From an uncultured Armatimonadetes bacterium (GTDB taxonomy: Bacteria; Armatimonadota; UBA5829; DTJY01), in NCBI GenBank assembly GCA_963717145.1, contig OY970325.1, forward strand, positions 5,184,001-5,248,000: a stretch of DNA of 64,000 nucleotides. The letters are read 5' to 3'. The position numbers and the translations under genes are program-made. The notes under the pieces are model-generated. The model saw only the letters and a list, made by a program, of their open reading frames with translations, was not told the origin of the DNA and searched no databases. Of the stretch, positions 40,307 through 50,078 are shown piece after piece. Every line of letters begins with the position of its first letter. The stretch's first letter is position 1.

Positions 40307-41206
40307 CTACTCCTCGTCGCCTCTGCCAAAGATGCGGGTCAGGAGGCCTGGCTTCCGGGGACTCTCGACCTCCGCCGGCTCATCGTCCGGCCAGTGGAGA
40401 TCGTTCGCGGCTGCATTCAGTCGGCGGAAGAGATCGTCCGCGGATTCATCCTGCTCGGTCTTATCCATGGAGTCGGCCTCAGATTGCGGCTTCACAATTG
40501 TTACCTGGGCGATCTCGGGTTCAGCCTCAGAGGCGGAGCGCGTCTCTTCGACCACCTCGGCCTCAACAGCGACCACCTCCTCACCTCGGGCTGACCGGGT
40601 CTCCGTGGGTCGAACGTCCCCCAGTGACTCCATGACAGGGGCGGGAGCGTCCACCGTCTGGGCGGAAGTGGTCTGTGCACTCGGCATCTCGACCGGCTCG
40701 GCTTCGACGTGCATCTCGGGCTTCGGCGACTCGACCTGCGGCGGAGAGGTCACGGGCGTCGTGACCGCGGAGACCTCTTTGGTCGGATCAGCCATTACCG
40801 GCCCGCTCGTCGTCCGGAAAATCTCGTCCTGCATCTCGCCGGCAAGCTCGTGTGTCCGGTGAAAGAGGTCGTTCACCCTGGACATGGTCTCTTCCCACTC
40901 GGGAGTGCCGCCGTCTTCGTTCTCCTTGGGGGCAGGCAGCTCCTTCACCAGATGCGTGAACTCGGCGGAGAGCGCCAGGTTTGTGTCCTGCATCTGGTGG
41001 AGCACCGAACTGGCGCGATGGAGCATATAGTTCAACTCGCGCTGGCGTTGAAGTAGTTCGGAGGCGATGTGGTTCATCGAGGTCTCGCGAGTGCGGAAGT
41101 CCTCGACCTGCTGCTGGAGAAGCTTGCTCCGTTCGGCCAGAACAGCCTTGTGCTTGAGCGCTCTGAGCAGCTTGTCCTTCATGTTCTCGCTGAAATCTGG
41201 TGACAC
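40307..41206 (-). CDS. Hypothetical protein: N-terminal coiled coil, acidic disordered middle
   Basis: 299-aa ORF with heptad L/Q/E pattern; C-terminus RKPGLLTRIFGR may form an amphipathic helix. Confidence 0.75.
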   Translation of the reverse strand: MSPDFSENMKDKLLRALKHKAVLAERSKLLQQQVEDFRTRETSMNHIASELLQRQRELNYMLHRASSVLHQMQDTNLALSAEFTHLVKELPAPKENEDGGTPEWEETMSRVNDLFHRTHELAGEMQDEIFRTTSGPVMADPTKEVSAVTTPVTSPPQVESPKPEMHVEAEPVEMPSAQTTSAQTVDAPAPVMESLGDVRPTETRSARGEEVVAVEAEVVEETRSASEAEPEIAQVTIVKPQSEADSMDKTEQDESADDLFRRLNAAANDLHWPDDEPAEVESPRKPGLLTRIFGRGDEE

Positions 41207-41429
41207 GAATCATCCCTCGCTTGGTTCCCTGACGACTCCCGTCGTCGGGGATACTGGTACTTATACCAGGATTATCGGCGGTTTCGACGGCTTTTCTGAG
41301 GCGGCACTGCCAGTTCAAGTTTATCACCATTCTCGGAGGATGTAAACAAATGATGCCCGCCGACCCCTCATTCATCTCTACGCGTCACTCGGCCCAGGGG
41401 TTCCGGGTGAAGGAATCCGTCGTCCTGGA

Positions 41430-41515
41430 GGAGTATGGGAGTGTGGGAGAATGGGAGAATGGGAGTGTGGGAGTCCGGAACGCCCATACCCCCATTCTCC
41501 CACACCCCCATTCTC
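41430..41515. repeat. Second inverted octamer-array element
   Basis: GGGAGTRT/GGGAGAAT units with core gggagtccggaacgcccatac, nearly identical to the core at 40255. Confidence 0.9.
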
Positions 41516-41532
41516 TCCCCAGGAGGCATGCC

Positions 41533-42504
41533 ATGAAGAACCTCGCCAGGTTGCTGGTGATCCTTTCGATACTGACGCTCGTCGGGTGCAGCAAGCAGCC
41601 CAAACCATCCGGTCGCATCACGATCGCCGTCATCCCCAAGGGCACGATGCACGAGTTCTGGAAGACCGTCCATGCCGGCGCGGTCAAGGCATCGAAGGAA
41701 CTCGACGTAGATATCATCTGGAAAGGCCCGATGAAGGAGGACGACAGGGACGCCCAGATTGCGGTCGTCGAGGACTTCATCAGCAAGGGTGTCTCGGGCA
41801 TCGCGCTCGCCCCCCTCGACGACATGGCGCTCCGAGCACCGGTCGCCAATGCCACCAGGAGCGGCATCCCGGTCGTGATCTTCGACTCCGGCCTCCAGGG
41901 AAGCGACTTCATGAGCTTCGTCGCCACCGACAATCACAAGGGCGGACAGATCGCGGGCGACTATATGGCCAAGCTGCTCGGCGACAAGGGCAGCGTCATG
42001 ATGCTGCGGTACAACGAGGGATCGAACAGCACGATGCAGCGCGAGAAGGGCTTCCTCGATGCCATCGCCAGACATGCGGGCATCAAGGTCGTCAGTTCGA
42101 ACCAGTATGGCGGAGTGACCACTGAGAGCGCGTACAAGGCGGGCGAGAACCTGCTCTCCCGCTTCAAGGACGTTGACGGCATCTTCTGCCCGAACGAGTC
42201 GACCACCTTCGGCATGCTCCGCGCGCTTCAGGATGGCGGATATGCCGGCAAGGTGAAGTTCGTCGGCTTCGACGCGTCCCAGCAGCTCATCGACGGCATG
42301 AAGAAGGGGCAGATCGACGGTCTCGTGCTCCAGGACCCGATGTTCATGGGCTACATGGCGGTGAAAACCGTCGTCCAGAGCATCCGCGGCGCCCAGGTCG
42401 AGAATCGGATCGACACCGGCGCGAAACTCGTCACGCCTGAGAATATGGATACGCCCGAGATGAAGGCCCTCCTCCGCCCGGACCTCGACAAGTGGCTCAA
42501 GTAA
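41533..42504 (+). CDS. RbsB-like sugar ABC substrate-binding lipoprotein
   Basis: Lipobox LVGC; IPKGTMHEFW, FVATDN, VGFD, VLQDP; SD AGGAGG. Confidence 0.93.
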   Translation: MKNLARLLVILSILTLVGCSKQPKPSGRITIAVIPKGTMHEFWKTVHAGAVKASKELDVDIIWKGPMKEDDRDAQIAVVEDFISKGVSGIALAPLDDMALRAPVANATRSGIPVVIFDSGLQGSDFMSFVATDNHKGGQIAGDYMAKLLGDKGSVMMLRYNEGSNSTMQREKGFLDAIARHAGIKVVSSNQYGGVTTESAYKAGENLLSRFKDVDGIFCPNESTTFGMLRALQDGGYAGKVKFVGFDASQQLIDGMKKGQIDGLVLQDPMFMGYMAVKTVVQSIRGAQVENRIDTGAKLVTPENMDTPEMKALLRPDLDKWLK

Positions 42505-43035
42505 GCCCCTCCTTACGAAGGAGGGGCCGGCCAGCAGGCCGGGGGAGGTTTCCGGATGGGCTGCTGGATGCGCTGCCGCTTGCAGGGGGGTGGCCGGAGG
42601 AGGTTAGAGGCTTGACCGAGTTGTTCAACCGGAAGACGGTGACCGCCAGACGTCGAGCACTGCGCGCTATCATGCCCGAGCCGGAAGTCGTCCTGTGGTC
42701 CAAGTTGAAGGGCAGGCAGGTGGACGGCGTCAAGTTTCGCAGGCAGTACAGTGTCGGTCCGTACATCATCGACTTCTTCGCGCCAAAGGCCAAGCTTGCC
42801 ATAGAAGTGGATGGCGACACCCATTCTGCGGAGGGGGCTGGTGAGCGTGATAGACAGAGGCAAGCTTACATTGAGGGTTTTGGCATCCGTGTGCTTCGGT
42901 TCACAAACAGGGAGGTTCTGCGCAACTTAGACGGTGTGCTGGTGACGATACAACAAGCCATCTGCGAGGCCACGCCGGAAAACCCCCTCGGCCCAGAGGC
43001 CGGTCCCCCTTCGTAAGGGGGACATCTCGGTTGCG
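42505..43035 (+). mobile_element. Palindrome-flanked DUF559 endonuclease cassette inserted in the ABC operon
   Basis: Begins directly after the SBP stop. Left end gcccctccttacgaaggaggggc..., right end ...gtcccccttcgtaagggggac. Both ends recur at 37776-37898 without the gene. Confidence 0.7.
42612..43016 (+). CDS. DUF559 (Vsr-like PD-(D/E)xK) endonuclease
   Basis: RRRALR..PEVVLWSKLKGRQ..KFRRQYSVGPYIIDF..LAIEVDGDTH..D..R..VLRFTN; TTG after GGAGGAGG; stop lies within the right hairpin. Confidence 0.92.
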   Translation: MTELFNRKTVTARRRALRAIMPEPEVVLWSKLKGRQVDGVKFRRQYSVGPYIIDFFAPKAKLAIEVDGDTHSAEGAGERDRQRQAYIEGFGIRVLRFTNREVLRNLDGVLVTIQQAICEATPENPLGPEAGPPS

Positions 43036-43077
43036 CCAGGTTGTCTTGACATGGAGATTTCGCAGTCAGAGACCAGA

Positions 43078-44031
43078 ATGCGCGTCATGCTCACGTGGCT
43101 CAACCGGCTCGGGCCGGTGCTCGGGCTCGCGCTGGTCTACGGCCTGTTCGCGGCGCTCGCAGGTGAGAGCTTCACCGGCGTGCGGAATATGGAGACCATC
43201 GCGCGTCAGACCGCAGTCGTCGGGACCGCCGCGCTCGGGATGACGATGGTTATCATCGCCGGAGGGATCGATCTCTCGGTCGGCTCGATCATCGCGCTCA
43301 GCACAGTCACGATCGCCTCATGCCTTGCGAAGGGCTTCAGCCCGCTCACGGCCGCATTCGCCGGAATCATCGCAGGACTGATCTGCGGCCTCATCAACGG
43401 TTTCATCATCACCCGCTTGCGAGTCGTGCCGTTTATCGTCACGCTCGGCACGCTGCTCGCGGTTCGGGGCATCGCCAAAGGATTCGCCCACGAGCAGAAG
43501 GTGAACGCGCCGTGGACCTCGCTGAACGACCTGCTCGCCACTCTCCCTCCCGACAAGCACTGGATGATCGTCCCGCCGGGCGTATGGATCATGCTCATCA
43601 TGGCGGTCGGGGTGGCGGTGATGCTACGTTACTCGCGATTCGGCAGGCACGTCTTCGCGATCGGATCGAGCGAGCAGACCTCGAGGCTCTCGGGGATCGA
43701 TGTGCAGCGGATGAAGCTGATGGTCTATGCCGGGAGCGCCGCCTTCGCCGGGCTCGCTGGGTTGATGCAGTTCTCGCGCCTGACCGTCGGCGACCCGACC
43801 GCCGCGACGGGCCTCGAACTCGATATTATCGCCGCTGTCGTGATCGGCGGTGGGAGCCTTTCCGGCGGCGAGGGATCGGTGTTCGGGGCGTTGATCGGCG
43901 CGCTGATCATGACCGTCATCCGATCCGGATGCTCTCAGATAGGCCTCGAGAACTGGGTGCAGGAGATCATCACCGGCGGCATCATCGTCGTCGCGGTAGC
44001 CCTCGATCGCCTGCGCCACCGGGCGCGGTGA
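43078..44031 (+). CDS. RbsC-like sugar ABC permease
   Basis: GGIDLSVGS, VPFIVTLG, FGRHVFAIG, ELDIIAAVVIGGGSLSGGEGS; start uncertain (43051/43078/43087). Confidence 0.93.
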   Translation: MRVMLTWLNRLGPVLGLALVYGLFAALAGESFTGVRNMETIARQTAVVGTAALGMTMVIIAGGIDLSVGSIIALSTVTIASCLAKGFSPLTAAFAGIIAGLICGLINGFIITRLRVVPFIVTLGTLLAVRGIAKGFAHEQKVNAPWTSLNDLLATLPPDKHWMIVPPGVWIMLIMAVGVAVMLRYSRFGRHVFAIGSSEQTSRLSGIDVQRMKLMVYAGSAAFAGLAGLMQFSRLTVGDPTAATGLELDIIAAVVIGGGSLSGGEGSVFGALIGALIMTVIRSGCSQIGLENWVQEIITGGIIVVAVALDRLRHRAR

Positions 44032-44032
44032 G

Positions 44033-44803
44033 TCAGCCCGCCCCGGAGGTCTCGATGTGTTCCTCACGCAGGCGGATGATCTCGACCTCGGGGAAGCGGT
44101 CCTTGATCCTGTGGGCGATGGCTTCCACGCCGAATAGCTCGGTGAACGTGTGGCTGCCGATGAAGAGATCGAGGCCTGCGAACCGGGCGTATTCCAGCGT
44201 GTAGAGCATCCTCTCGCCGGTGATGTAGGCGTCGCAGCCCCTGTCGACTGCCTCCTTCACGTGATTGGTCCACATCCCCCCACCGGTCACGATGTCGATG
44301 CGCCTGATCGGCCGGTCATGGTTACGCCAGGCGTGGATCGGCTCCTCCAGGACTCCCTCCAGACGCGACTTCAGCGCCTCGAAGGTCATCGGCTCGTCGA
44401 ACTCGCAGACACGGCCGCAGTAGAAGGCTTCTTCCTCCAGGTGCGACTTCTCCACGACGCGAGCGCCGAGTTTCTCTGCGAGCATGACACCGTTGCCGAA
44501 GTCGTCCGCGCCATCGAGCATCAAGTGGAACTGGCAGTGCGAGACGCAGTGCACCTGCATGCGTGAGAGGCAGACCTCCTTCATGCCGTAGAGGGAATCG
44601 AAAGCATCATGATGCGTGATGATGACGTTCACCCGATTCTTGATCGCCTCATCGACAACCTCCGGCGTAAGGTTGGTGCAATAGCCGATCCGTCGGACAT
44701 CATCCACCCCATCGAACCGGAAGATGTGCTCGTTCTGCAGCTTCTCCAGATTCTCGACGCCGAACAGGTCGGTGATGTATTCCCGCAGTTCAGTCAGTTT
44801 CAT
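44033..44803 (-). CDS. Nif3/YbgI-like dinuclear metal centre protein
   Basis: IITHH, HLMLD, VTGGG, YITGE, GSHTFTE. Confidence 0.88.
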   Translation of the reverse strand: MKLTELREYITDLFGVENLEKLQNEHIFRFDGVDDVRRIGYCTNLTPEVVDEAIKNRVNVIITHHDAFDSLYGMKEVCLSRMQVHCVSHCQFHLMLDGADDFGNGVMLAEKLGARVVEKSHLEEEAFYCGRVCEFDEPMTFEALKSRLEGVLEEPIHAWRNHDRPIRRIDIVTGGGMWTNHVKEAVDRGCDAYITGERMLYTLEYARFAGLDLFIGSHTFTELFGVEAIAHRIKDRFPEVEIIRLREEHIETSGAG

Positions 44804-45333
44804 GAGTTCCTCTTGGTTTGGAAGTGCTGGGCAATCAGGTCGAGGCCGGGGAAGAGCGGATCGGGCATAACCGACTCCTCGTAGTGCCCGTCGGTGTACT
44901 CGGCGATGATCCTGGTCCAGAAGGCACGGGCGGGCGCATTCTCAAGCATCTCCCCTACCTCCCAGTTGCCTTGGAACAGGTCGAACATGCGTCGGGCGAC
45001 ATACTTGCCGACTCCCTTCCCGCGGAACTTGCGCAGGATGAAGAACTGGCCGATATCGTAGCTGTCTTCTCCAGTCTGACGAACCAGCGAGAACCCGGCG
45101 AGGCGTCCATCTACCCGCACCAGGAATGGGTATCCACGCCAACCCTCGGGCCAGGCGTACTCAGGGTCGCACGGCTTGCCCCAGTACTGCGGAAGCTCGT
45201 CGCATCCGCCGAAGAGGCCGCTCTCCGGGCAATCCCAGCCCATGTGCTCAGACATGTCGTAGATATAGAACCTGATCAGATTCTCGATGACCGGCATGTC
45301 CTCCTCACGGGCCTCGATGATCTCGATGTTCAT
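44800..45333 (-). CDS. GNAT-family N-acetyltransferase
   Basis: FFILRKFRGKGVG acetyl-CoA motif; NAPARAFW. Confidence 0.9.
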   Translation of the reverse strand: MNIEIIEAREEDMPVIENLIRFYIYDMSEHMGWDCPESGLFGGCDELPQYWGKPCDPEYAWPEGWRGYPFLVRVDGRLAGFSLVRQTGEDSYDIGQFFILRKFRGKGVGKYVARRMFDLFQGNWEVGEMLENAPARAFWTRIIAEYTDGHYEESVMPDPLFPGLDLIAQHFQTKRNS

Positions 45334-45336
45334 GCG

Positions 45337-46088
45337 CTATCTCCCTTCGGGACGCTTGACCGCCAGGGTCAACATCCGCTTGGAGTCGATAGTGAGTGCC
45401 GACGAGTCGAGGTCGCCCCAGACCGACTCGATGGTGAGGCCGGCCTGCCTCATCATACTCCGCATCTCACGGCTCGGTGTAGACGCGCAGGGACTGACAA
45501 CTCTCGGTTCGGCGACCGTCCGCGTAGATTGTTCGCTCCGTGGCATTGGTACGGCCCGTCGCAGGATCGAACGATCGCTCGGACACTATGATATCGCCCC
45601 GGGAGTTCTCACGCCAGTCGCGTGGCTGGAACCGCCGCATCAGCGACTCATAGCAGTGCGTCTCCAGGAGGAATTGCCCGCCGGGCTTGAGGGCGCGCGA
45701 GATGCCGTCGAGCACCTTCTGGTCCTCCTCGTCGGATTCCAGGTAGCCAAAGGAGGTCCACATGTTGATTGCCGCGTCGAACTCCGAGTCGAAGGCCAGG
45801 TCGCGCATATCCATCTGCACGAGATTGGGCTCGAGGCCCTCTCGTGCGGCGGTTTCCCGGCACTTGCCAAGCATGAACTCGGATAGATCGACGCCCACGA
45901 CTTCCCCGACGCATGAGGTCGAGGAGGTGCCTACCCTGCCCGCAGCAGAGGTCGAGCACCCGCGCGCCGGGCCGGATCGCCATCTTCTCGATCGCGAAGT
46001 CGACCTGCGTCCGGCTCGCGTCGCTCTCGCCGTACATCTCGAACCTCAGAGGGTCTTCCTCAGCGAACAACTCTTCGTACCAGGCCAT
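45337..46088 (-). CDS. Class I SAM-dependent methyltransferase, two frameshifts (~45903, ~45470)
   Basis: VLDLCCGQGRH / VGVDLSEFML..DMRDL..FDAAINMWTSFGY..LKPGG / EMRSMMRQAGL..VWGD across three frames. Confidence 0.85.
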
Positions 46089-46109
46089 GTGCATTCTCCT
46101 TTACCAGGC

Positions 46110-46187
46110 AGTCTACCTGGCGCATGGGAATCTGTCAATCTGCACGAACTCGATGGTTTGACGATCAGATGTGAAAAATGGTACGAT
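46110..46187. promoter_or_regulatory. Back-to-back sigma70-type promoters
   Basis: Minus strand: TTGACA (46138-46133), 17 nt, TAGACT (46115-46110). Plus strand: TTGACG (46158-46163), 18 nt, TACGAT (46182-46187) with TG extension. Confidence 0.6.
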
Positions 46188-46219
46188 TTGCCAGTCTTGT
46201 GGCCCGTGAGGGAAAGATA

Positions 46220-48133
46220 TTGAAGACGACTGTTCTGCTGTCGGGCAATGAGGCGATCGCCCGAGGCGCATATGAGGCCGGTGTTCGGGTCGCCGCGGGT
46301 TACCCCGGCACCCCGAGCACCGAGATACTTGAGAACATCACCCAGTACGAGACGATCTACGCCGAGTGGTCGCCGAATGAGAAGGTTGCCCTCGAGGTCG
46401 CTCTCGGCGCTGCTCTCGGAGGCGCTCGGGCGCTCTGCACCATGAAGCACGTCGGCGTCAACGTCGCGTCCGACCCGCTGATGACCGCCTCGTACACCGG
46501 CATCAACCGTGGACTCGTGCTGGTGAGCGCCGACGACCCCGGCATGCACAGCTCCCAGAACGAACAGGACAACCGTCACTACGCCCGGTTCGCCAAGATC
46601 CCGATGCTCGAACCGGCCGACAGCCAGGAGTGCAGGGACTTCACCATCCGCGCCTTCGAGATCAGCGAAGCGTATGATACCCCGGTGCTGCTCCGAACGA
46701 CCACCCGCGTGAACCACGGGAAATCGACCGTCAGCCTCTCTGAGCCGCAGGAGCCGGTCTTCGGCAGGTTTGAGTGCAACCTTCAGAAATACGTGATGAT
46801 CCCCGCATACGCGATGAAGCGCCATGTGATCGTGGAGGAGCGGATGATCCGCCTGAGGGAGTTGTCCAACGCCTCCGGTGTCGCCATTGCCCGTAGTGGC
46901 CGTGCCTCTGTGCCGGCCTCCGAGATCACTGGCCGGCACAGAGGCACGGCCACTACGGGCAATGGCGACCTGCACCGCATCGAATGGGTCGACACGTCGA
47001 TCGGCGTGATCACCTCGGGGATCGCATACCAGTACGTCAGGGAGGTGCTCCCGGAGGCGTCGGTACTGAAGCTCGGGATGACCTATCCGCTGCCCGACCG
47101 CCTGATCCGCGAGTTCGCGTCGAAGGTCGAGAAGCTGTACGTCGTCGAGGAACTCGATCCGTTCCTGGAGGATCAGATCAAGGCGCTCGGAATCGAGGTC
47201 ATCGGCAAGGAGCGCTTCCCGATCATCGGCGAGCTGAACCCGAGGCTCGTCGCCGCTGGATTCGACTTGGGTAGGGGCGTGCCTTGTGCCGCCTGTGACG
47301 AGGTACCGGGCGGAGATGGACAGGCCACGGGCGGCACAAGGCACGCCCCTACAACCCAGCGGTTGGAGGGTGATATCCCCGGGCGGCCGCCGGTCCTCTG
47401 CCCGGGATGCCCTCACCGCGGGTTCTACCAGGTTCTGAAGAAGATGAAGGCCATCGTGACCGGCGACATCGGATGCTATACGCTCGGAGTGCTTCCGCCG
47501 CTCGAGGTAATGGACACCTGCATCTGCATGGGCGCATCGATCGGGACCGCGCTCGGCATGAAGCGCGCTCAGTCGCCCGACGACAAGCGCCCGGTCGTGG
47601 CGGTGATCGGCGACTCAACTTTCGTCCACTCCGGGATCACCGGCCTGATCGATGCCGTCTACAACGGCACGGCCGCGACGATATGCATCCTCGACAACTC
47701 CACGACCGCGATGACCGGCGGGCAGGAGCATCCGGCGTCGGGGAAGACGCTCATGGGCAGTCCGGCGCCGAAGCTCGATCTGGCGGCCCTCGCACGTGCG
47801 ATCGGTGTCGAGGACGTGCTGGTGGTCGATCCATACGATCTGGAGGCAGTCGAGAAGGCGCTCAGGTATGCGACCCGGACGGATAAGCCTTCGGTGATCA
47901 TTACGAACAGGCCGTGCGTGCTGAGAGACAGGTCGGAGAAGCCGCCGAAGTCCTCCATCGCGCTGGAAATGTGTACCGGCTGCCAGGTGTGCTTCCGGAT
48001 CGGATGCCCGGCGATGGAGTCGGTGGCGGTCGACGACAAGTTGCGCGCGCGGATCAACGCCAACCTGTGTCAGAGCTGTGGTGTCTGCATCCAGGTATGC
48101 CGCTTCGAGGCCATTGGGAGGCCGGAGGAATGA
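46220..48133 (+). CDS. iorA: Indolepyruvate:ferredoxin oxidoreductase alpha subunit with two repeat-derived inserts
   Basis: LSGNEAIARG, YPGTPSTE, MKHVGVNVA, RPPVLCPGCPH, GDIGCY, GDSTF, two C-terminal Fe-S Cys motifs; TTG start. Confidence 0.96.
   Translation: MKTTVLLSGNEAIARGAYEAGVRVAAGYPGTPSTEILENITQYETIYAEWSPNEKVALEVALGAALGGARALCTMKHVGVNVASDPLMTASYTGINRGLVLVSADDPGMHSSQNEQDNRHYARFAKIPMLEPADSQECRDFTIRAFEISEAYDTPVLLRTTTRVNHGKSTVSLSEPQEPVFGRFECNLQKYVMIPAYAMKRHVIVEERMIRLRELSNASGVAIARSGRASVPASEITGRHRGTATTGNGDLHRIEWVDTSIGVITSGIAYQYVREVLPEASVLKLGMTYPLPDRLIREFASKVEKLYVVEELDPFLEDQIKALGIEVIGKERFPIIGELNPRLVAAGFDLGRGVPCAACDEVPGGDGQATGGTRHAPTTQRLEGDIPGRPPVLCPGCPHRGFYQVLKKMKAIVTGDIGCYTLGVLPPLEVMDTCICMGASIGTALGMKRAQSPDDKRPVVAVIGDSTFVHSGITGLIDAVYNGTAATICILDNSTTAMTGGQEHPASGKTLMGSPAPKLDLAALARAIGVEDVLVVDPYDLEAVEKALRYATRTDKPSVIITNRPCVLRDRSEKPPKSSIALEMCTGCQVCFRIGCPAMESVAVDDKLRARINANLCQSCGVCIQVCRFEAIGRPEE
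46880..46969. repeat. Intragenic 39-bp perfect inverted repeat (GTAGTGGCCG family), 90 nt
   Basis: gtcgccattgcccgtagtggccgtgcctctgtgccggcc, 12-nt loop, exact reverse complement. Confidence 0.95.
47271..47352. repeat. Intragenic GTAG-type REP doublet (GTAGGGGCG family)
   Basis: gtaggggcgtgccttgtgccgcc ... ggcggcacaaggcacgcccctac. Confidence 0.93.
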
Positions 48134-48708
48134 GCAATCGCACGACGAACATCAGACTGGCCGGTGTCGGCGGGCAAGGAATACTCGTAGCCAGTGAGGC
48201 GCTCTGCGATGCGCTGCTCGCGAGCGGCTTCGACGTGAAGAAGAGTGAGGTCCATGGGATGGCCCAGCGCGGCGGCACAGTGAACTCCGACGTGCGCTTC
48301 GGGGTCAAGGTGTGTTCCCCCATCATACCGGAGGGTGATGTGGACGTGCTGCTGGCATTCGAGCAGATGGAGGCGCTTCGGTATCTGCCGTCACTCAAGG
48401 CCGGCGGAGTCGTGATTGTGAATCGGCAGCGGATACTCCCGTCGGCGGTCGCCTCGGGGAAGCTGGAATACCCGGCCGACATCGAGAGCCGGCTCGCGGA
48501 CCACGCGGGCGAGGTGATCTCGATCGATGCGCTGGACTTGGCGAAGGAAGCCGGCTCAGTCCGGAGCGTGAACGTCTGCCTGCTCGGGGCGCTGTCGCGG
48601 TTCCTCGAAGTCGAGGAATCGGTGTGGGAGAGCGTTCTCACCGAGCGGTTCAGGAACAAGGGGCTCGAGGCGAACCTGAAGGCCTTTGCGCTGGGGCGGG
48701 CCGTTTGA
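48130..48708 (+). CDS. iorB: Indolepyruvate:ferredoxin oxidoreductase beta subunit
   Basis: GVGGQG, KKSEVHGMAQRGG, NVCLLG, NLKAFALG; ATGA overlap with iorA. Confidence 0.95.
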   Translation: MSNRTTNIRLAGVGGQGILVASEALCDALLASGFDVKKSEVHGMAQRGGTVNSDVRFGVKVCSPIIPEGDVDVLLAFEQMEALRYLPSLKAGGVVIVNRQRILPSAVASGKLEYPADIESRLADHAGEVISIDALDLAKEAGSVRSVNVCLLGALSRFLEVEESVWESVLTERFRNKGLEANLKAFALGRAV

Positions 48709-48735
48709 GTATGAGTATGAGTATGAGTATGAGTA
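48706..48735. repeat. (TGAGTA)x5 hexamer array
   Basis: Starts at the iorB stop codon and runs into the paaK SD region. Confidence 0.9.
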
Positions 48736-48747
48736 GGAGCGGGAGCC

Positions 48748-50046
48748 ATGATTTGGAACAGAGAAGCTGAGTGCATGCCGGTTGAGGAGCGCCGGAAGCT
48801 CCAGGGCGAGCGACTGCGTCAGACCGTCAGGCGGTGCTACGACAACGTTCCGGTCTATCGGAAGAAGTTCGATGACGCCGGGATCAAGCCGGACGACGTT
48901 CGCTCGATCGACGACCTCAAGAGCCTGCCGTTCACCACCAGGGACGATCTGCGCGACAACTACCCGTTCGGCATGTTCGCCGTCCCGATGGAGGATGTCG
49001 TCCGCGTCCATTCGTCTTCCGGCACGACGGGCAAGCCCAAGGTCGTCGGCTACACGCGCAACGATGTCGAGATGTGGGCCGAGCTGATGGCCCGCACGAT
49101 CGGGTGCGGCGGCGCGGGGAAGCACGACATCATCCAGGTCGCCTACGGATACGGTCTCTTCACCGGTGGCCTCGGAGTCCATTACGGCGCGGAGAAGGTC
49201 GGCGCGACCGTCGTCCCGATCTCGGGCGGCAACACCAAGCGCCAGATCATGATCATGCAGGACTTCGGCAGCACGATGCTCGCCTGCACGCCGTCCTATG
49301 CGCTATACCTCGCCGACACCGCGAAGGAGATGGACCTCGACATCCGCGATTTCCCGCTCAAGTATGGCATATTCGGCGCTGAGCCGTGGACCGTTCAGAT
49401 GCGCAGAGAGATCGAGGCCAAGATGGGCGTCCGCGCGACCGACATCTACGGCCTCAGCGAGGTCATCGGCCCCGGCGTATCGAGTGAGTGCGAGGCTCAG
49501 GACGGCCTGCACGTGTGCGACGACCACTTCGTCCCTGAGATCATCGACCCGGTTACCGAGCAGGTCGTCCCTGCCGGAACGCCCGGTGAGCTGGTCTTTA
49601 CATCGCTCACCAAGGAAGCGTTCCCGATCATCCGCTACCGGACGCGGGATCTCTCGGTGCTCAATGAGAATAAGTGCGAGTGCGGGCGGACTCACTTCCG
49701 CATGGGCAGGATCACCGGCCGGACGGACGATATGCTGATCATCCGCGGCGTGAACCTGTTCCCGAGCCAGATCGAGAGCGTGCTGCTCGAAATCGAGGGC
49801 ACTGAGCCGCACTATCTCATCGTCGTGAACCGCGTTGACAGCCTCGACTGCCTGGAAGTCTGGGTCGAGGTCAGCGAGAAGTTCTTCTCCGACGAGATCA
49901 AGGGGCTCGAAGCGCTGGAGAAGAAGATCGAGCACGAGATCCACAGCGTGGTCGGCATCAGCGCTGATGTCAAGCTGGTCGAGCCGAAGACGATCGAGCG
50001 GAGTGAGGGCAAGGCGAAGCGCGTGGTAGACAATCGGCCGAAGTAG
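48748..50046 (+). CDS. paaK: Phenylacetate-CoA ligase family protein
   Basis: [57 protein letters not shown]. Confidence 0.93.
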   Translation: MIWNREAECMPVEERRKLQGERLRQTVRRCYDNVPVYRKKFDDAGIKPDDVRSIDDLKSLPFTTRDDLRDNYPFGMFAVPMEDVVRVHSSSGTTGKPKVVGYTRNDVEMWAELMARTIGCGGAGKHDIIQVAYGYGLFTGGLGVHYGAEKVGATVVPISGGNTKRQIMIMQDFGSTMLACTPSYALYLADTAKEMDLDIRDFPLKYGIFGAEPWTVQMRREIEAKMGVRATDIYGLSEVIGPGVSSECEAQDGLHVCDDHFVPEIIDPVTEQVVPAGTPGELVFTSLTKEAFPIIRYRTRDLSVLNENKCECGRTHFRMGRITGRTDDMLIIRGVNLFPSQIESVLLEIEGTEPHYLIVVNRVDSLDCLEVWVEVSEKFFSDEIKGLEALEKKIEHEIHSVVGISADVKLVEPKTIERSEGKAKRVVDNRPK

Positions 50047-50078
50047 TGCAGAATCTGTAGTTCAAAGGAGAACGGTAG

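Noticed and set aside
42492-42611. Longer DUF559 start overlapping the SBP gene
   Set aside because: Reads through the left palindrome; TTG 42612 has a strong SD and a typical DUF559 N-terminus.
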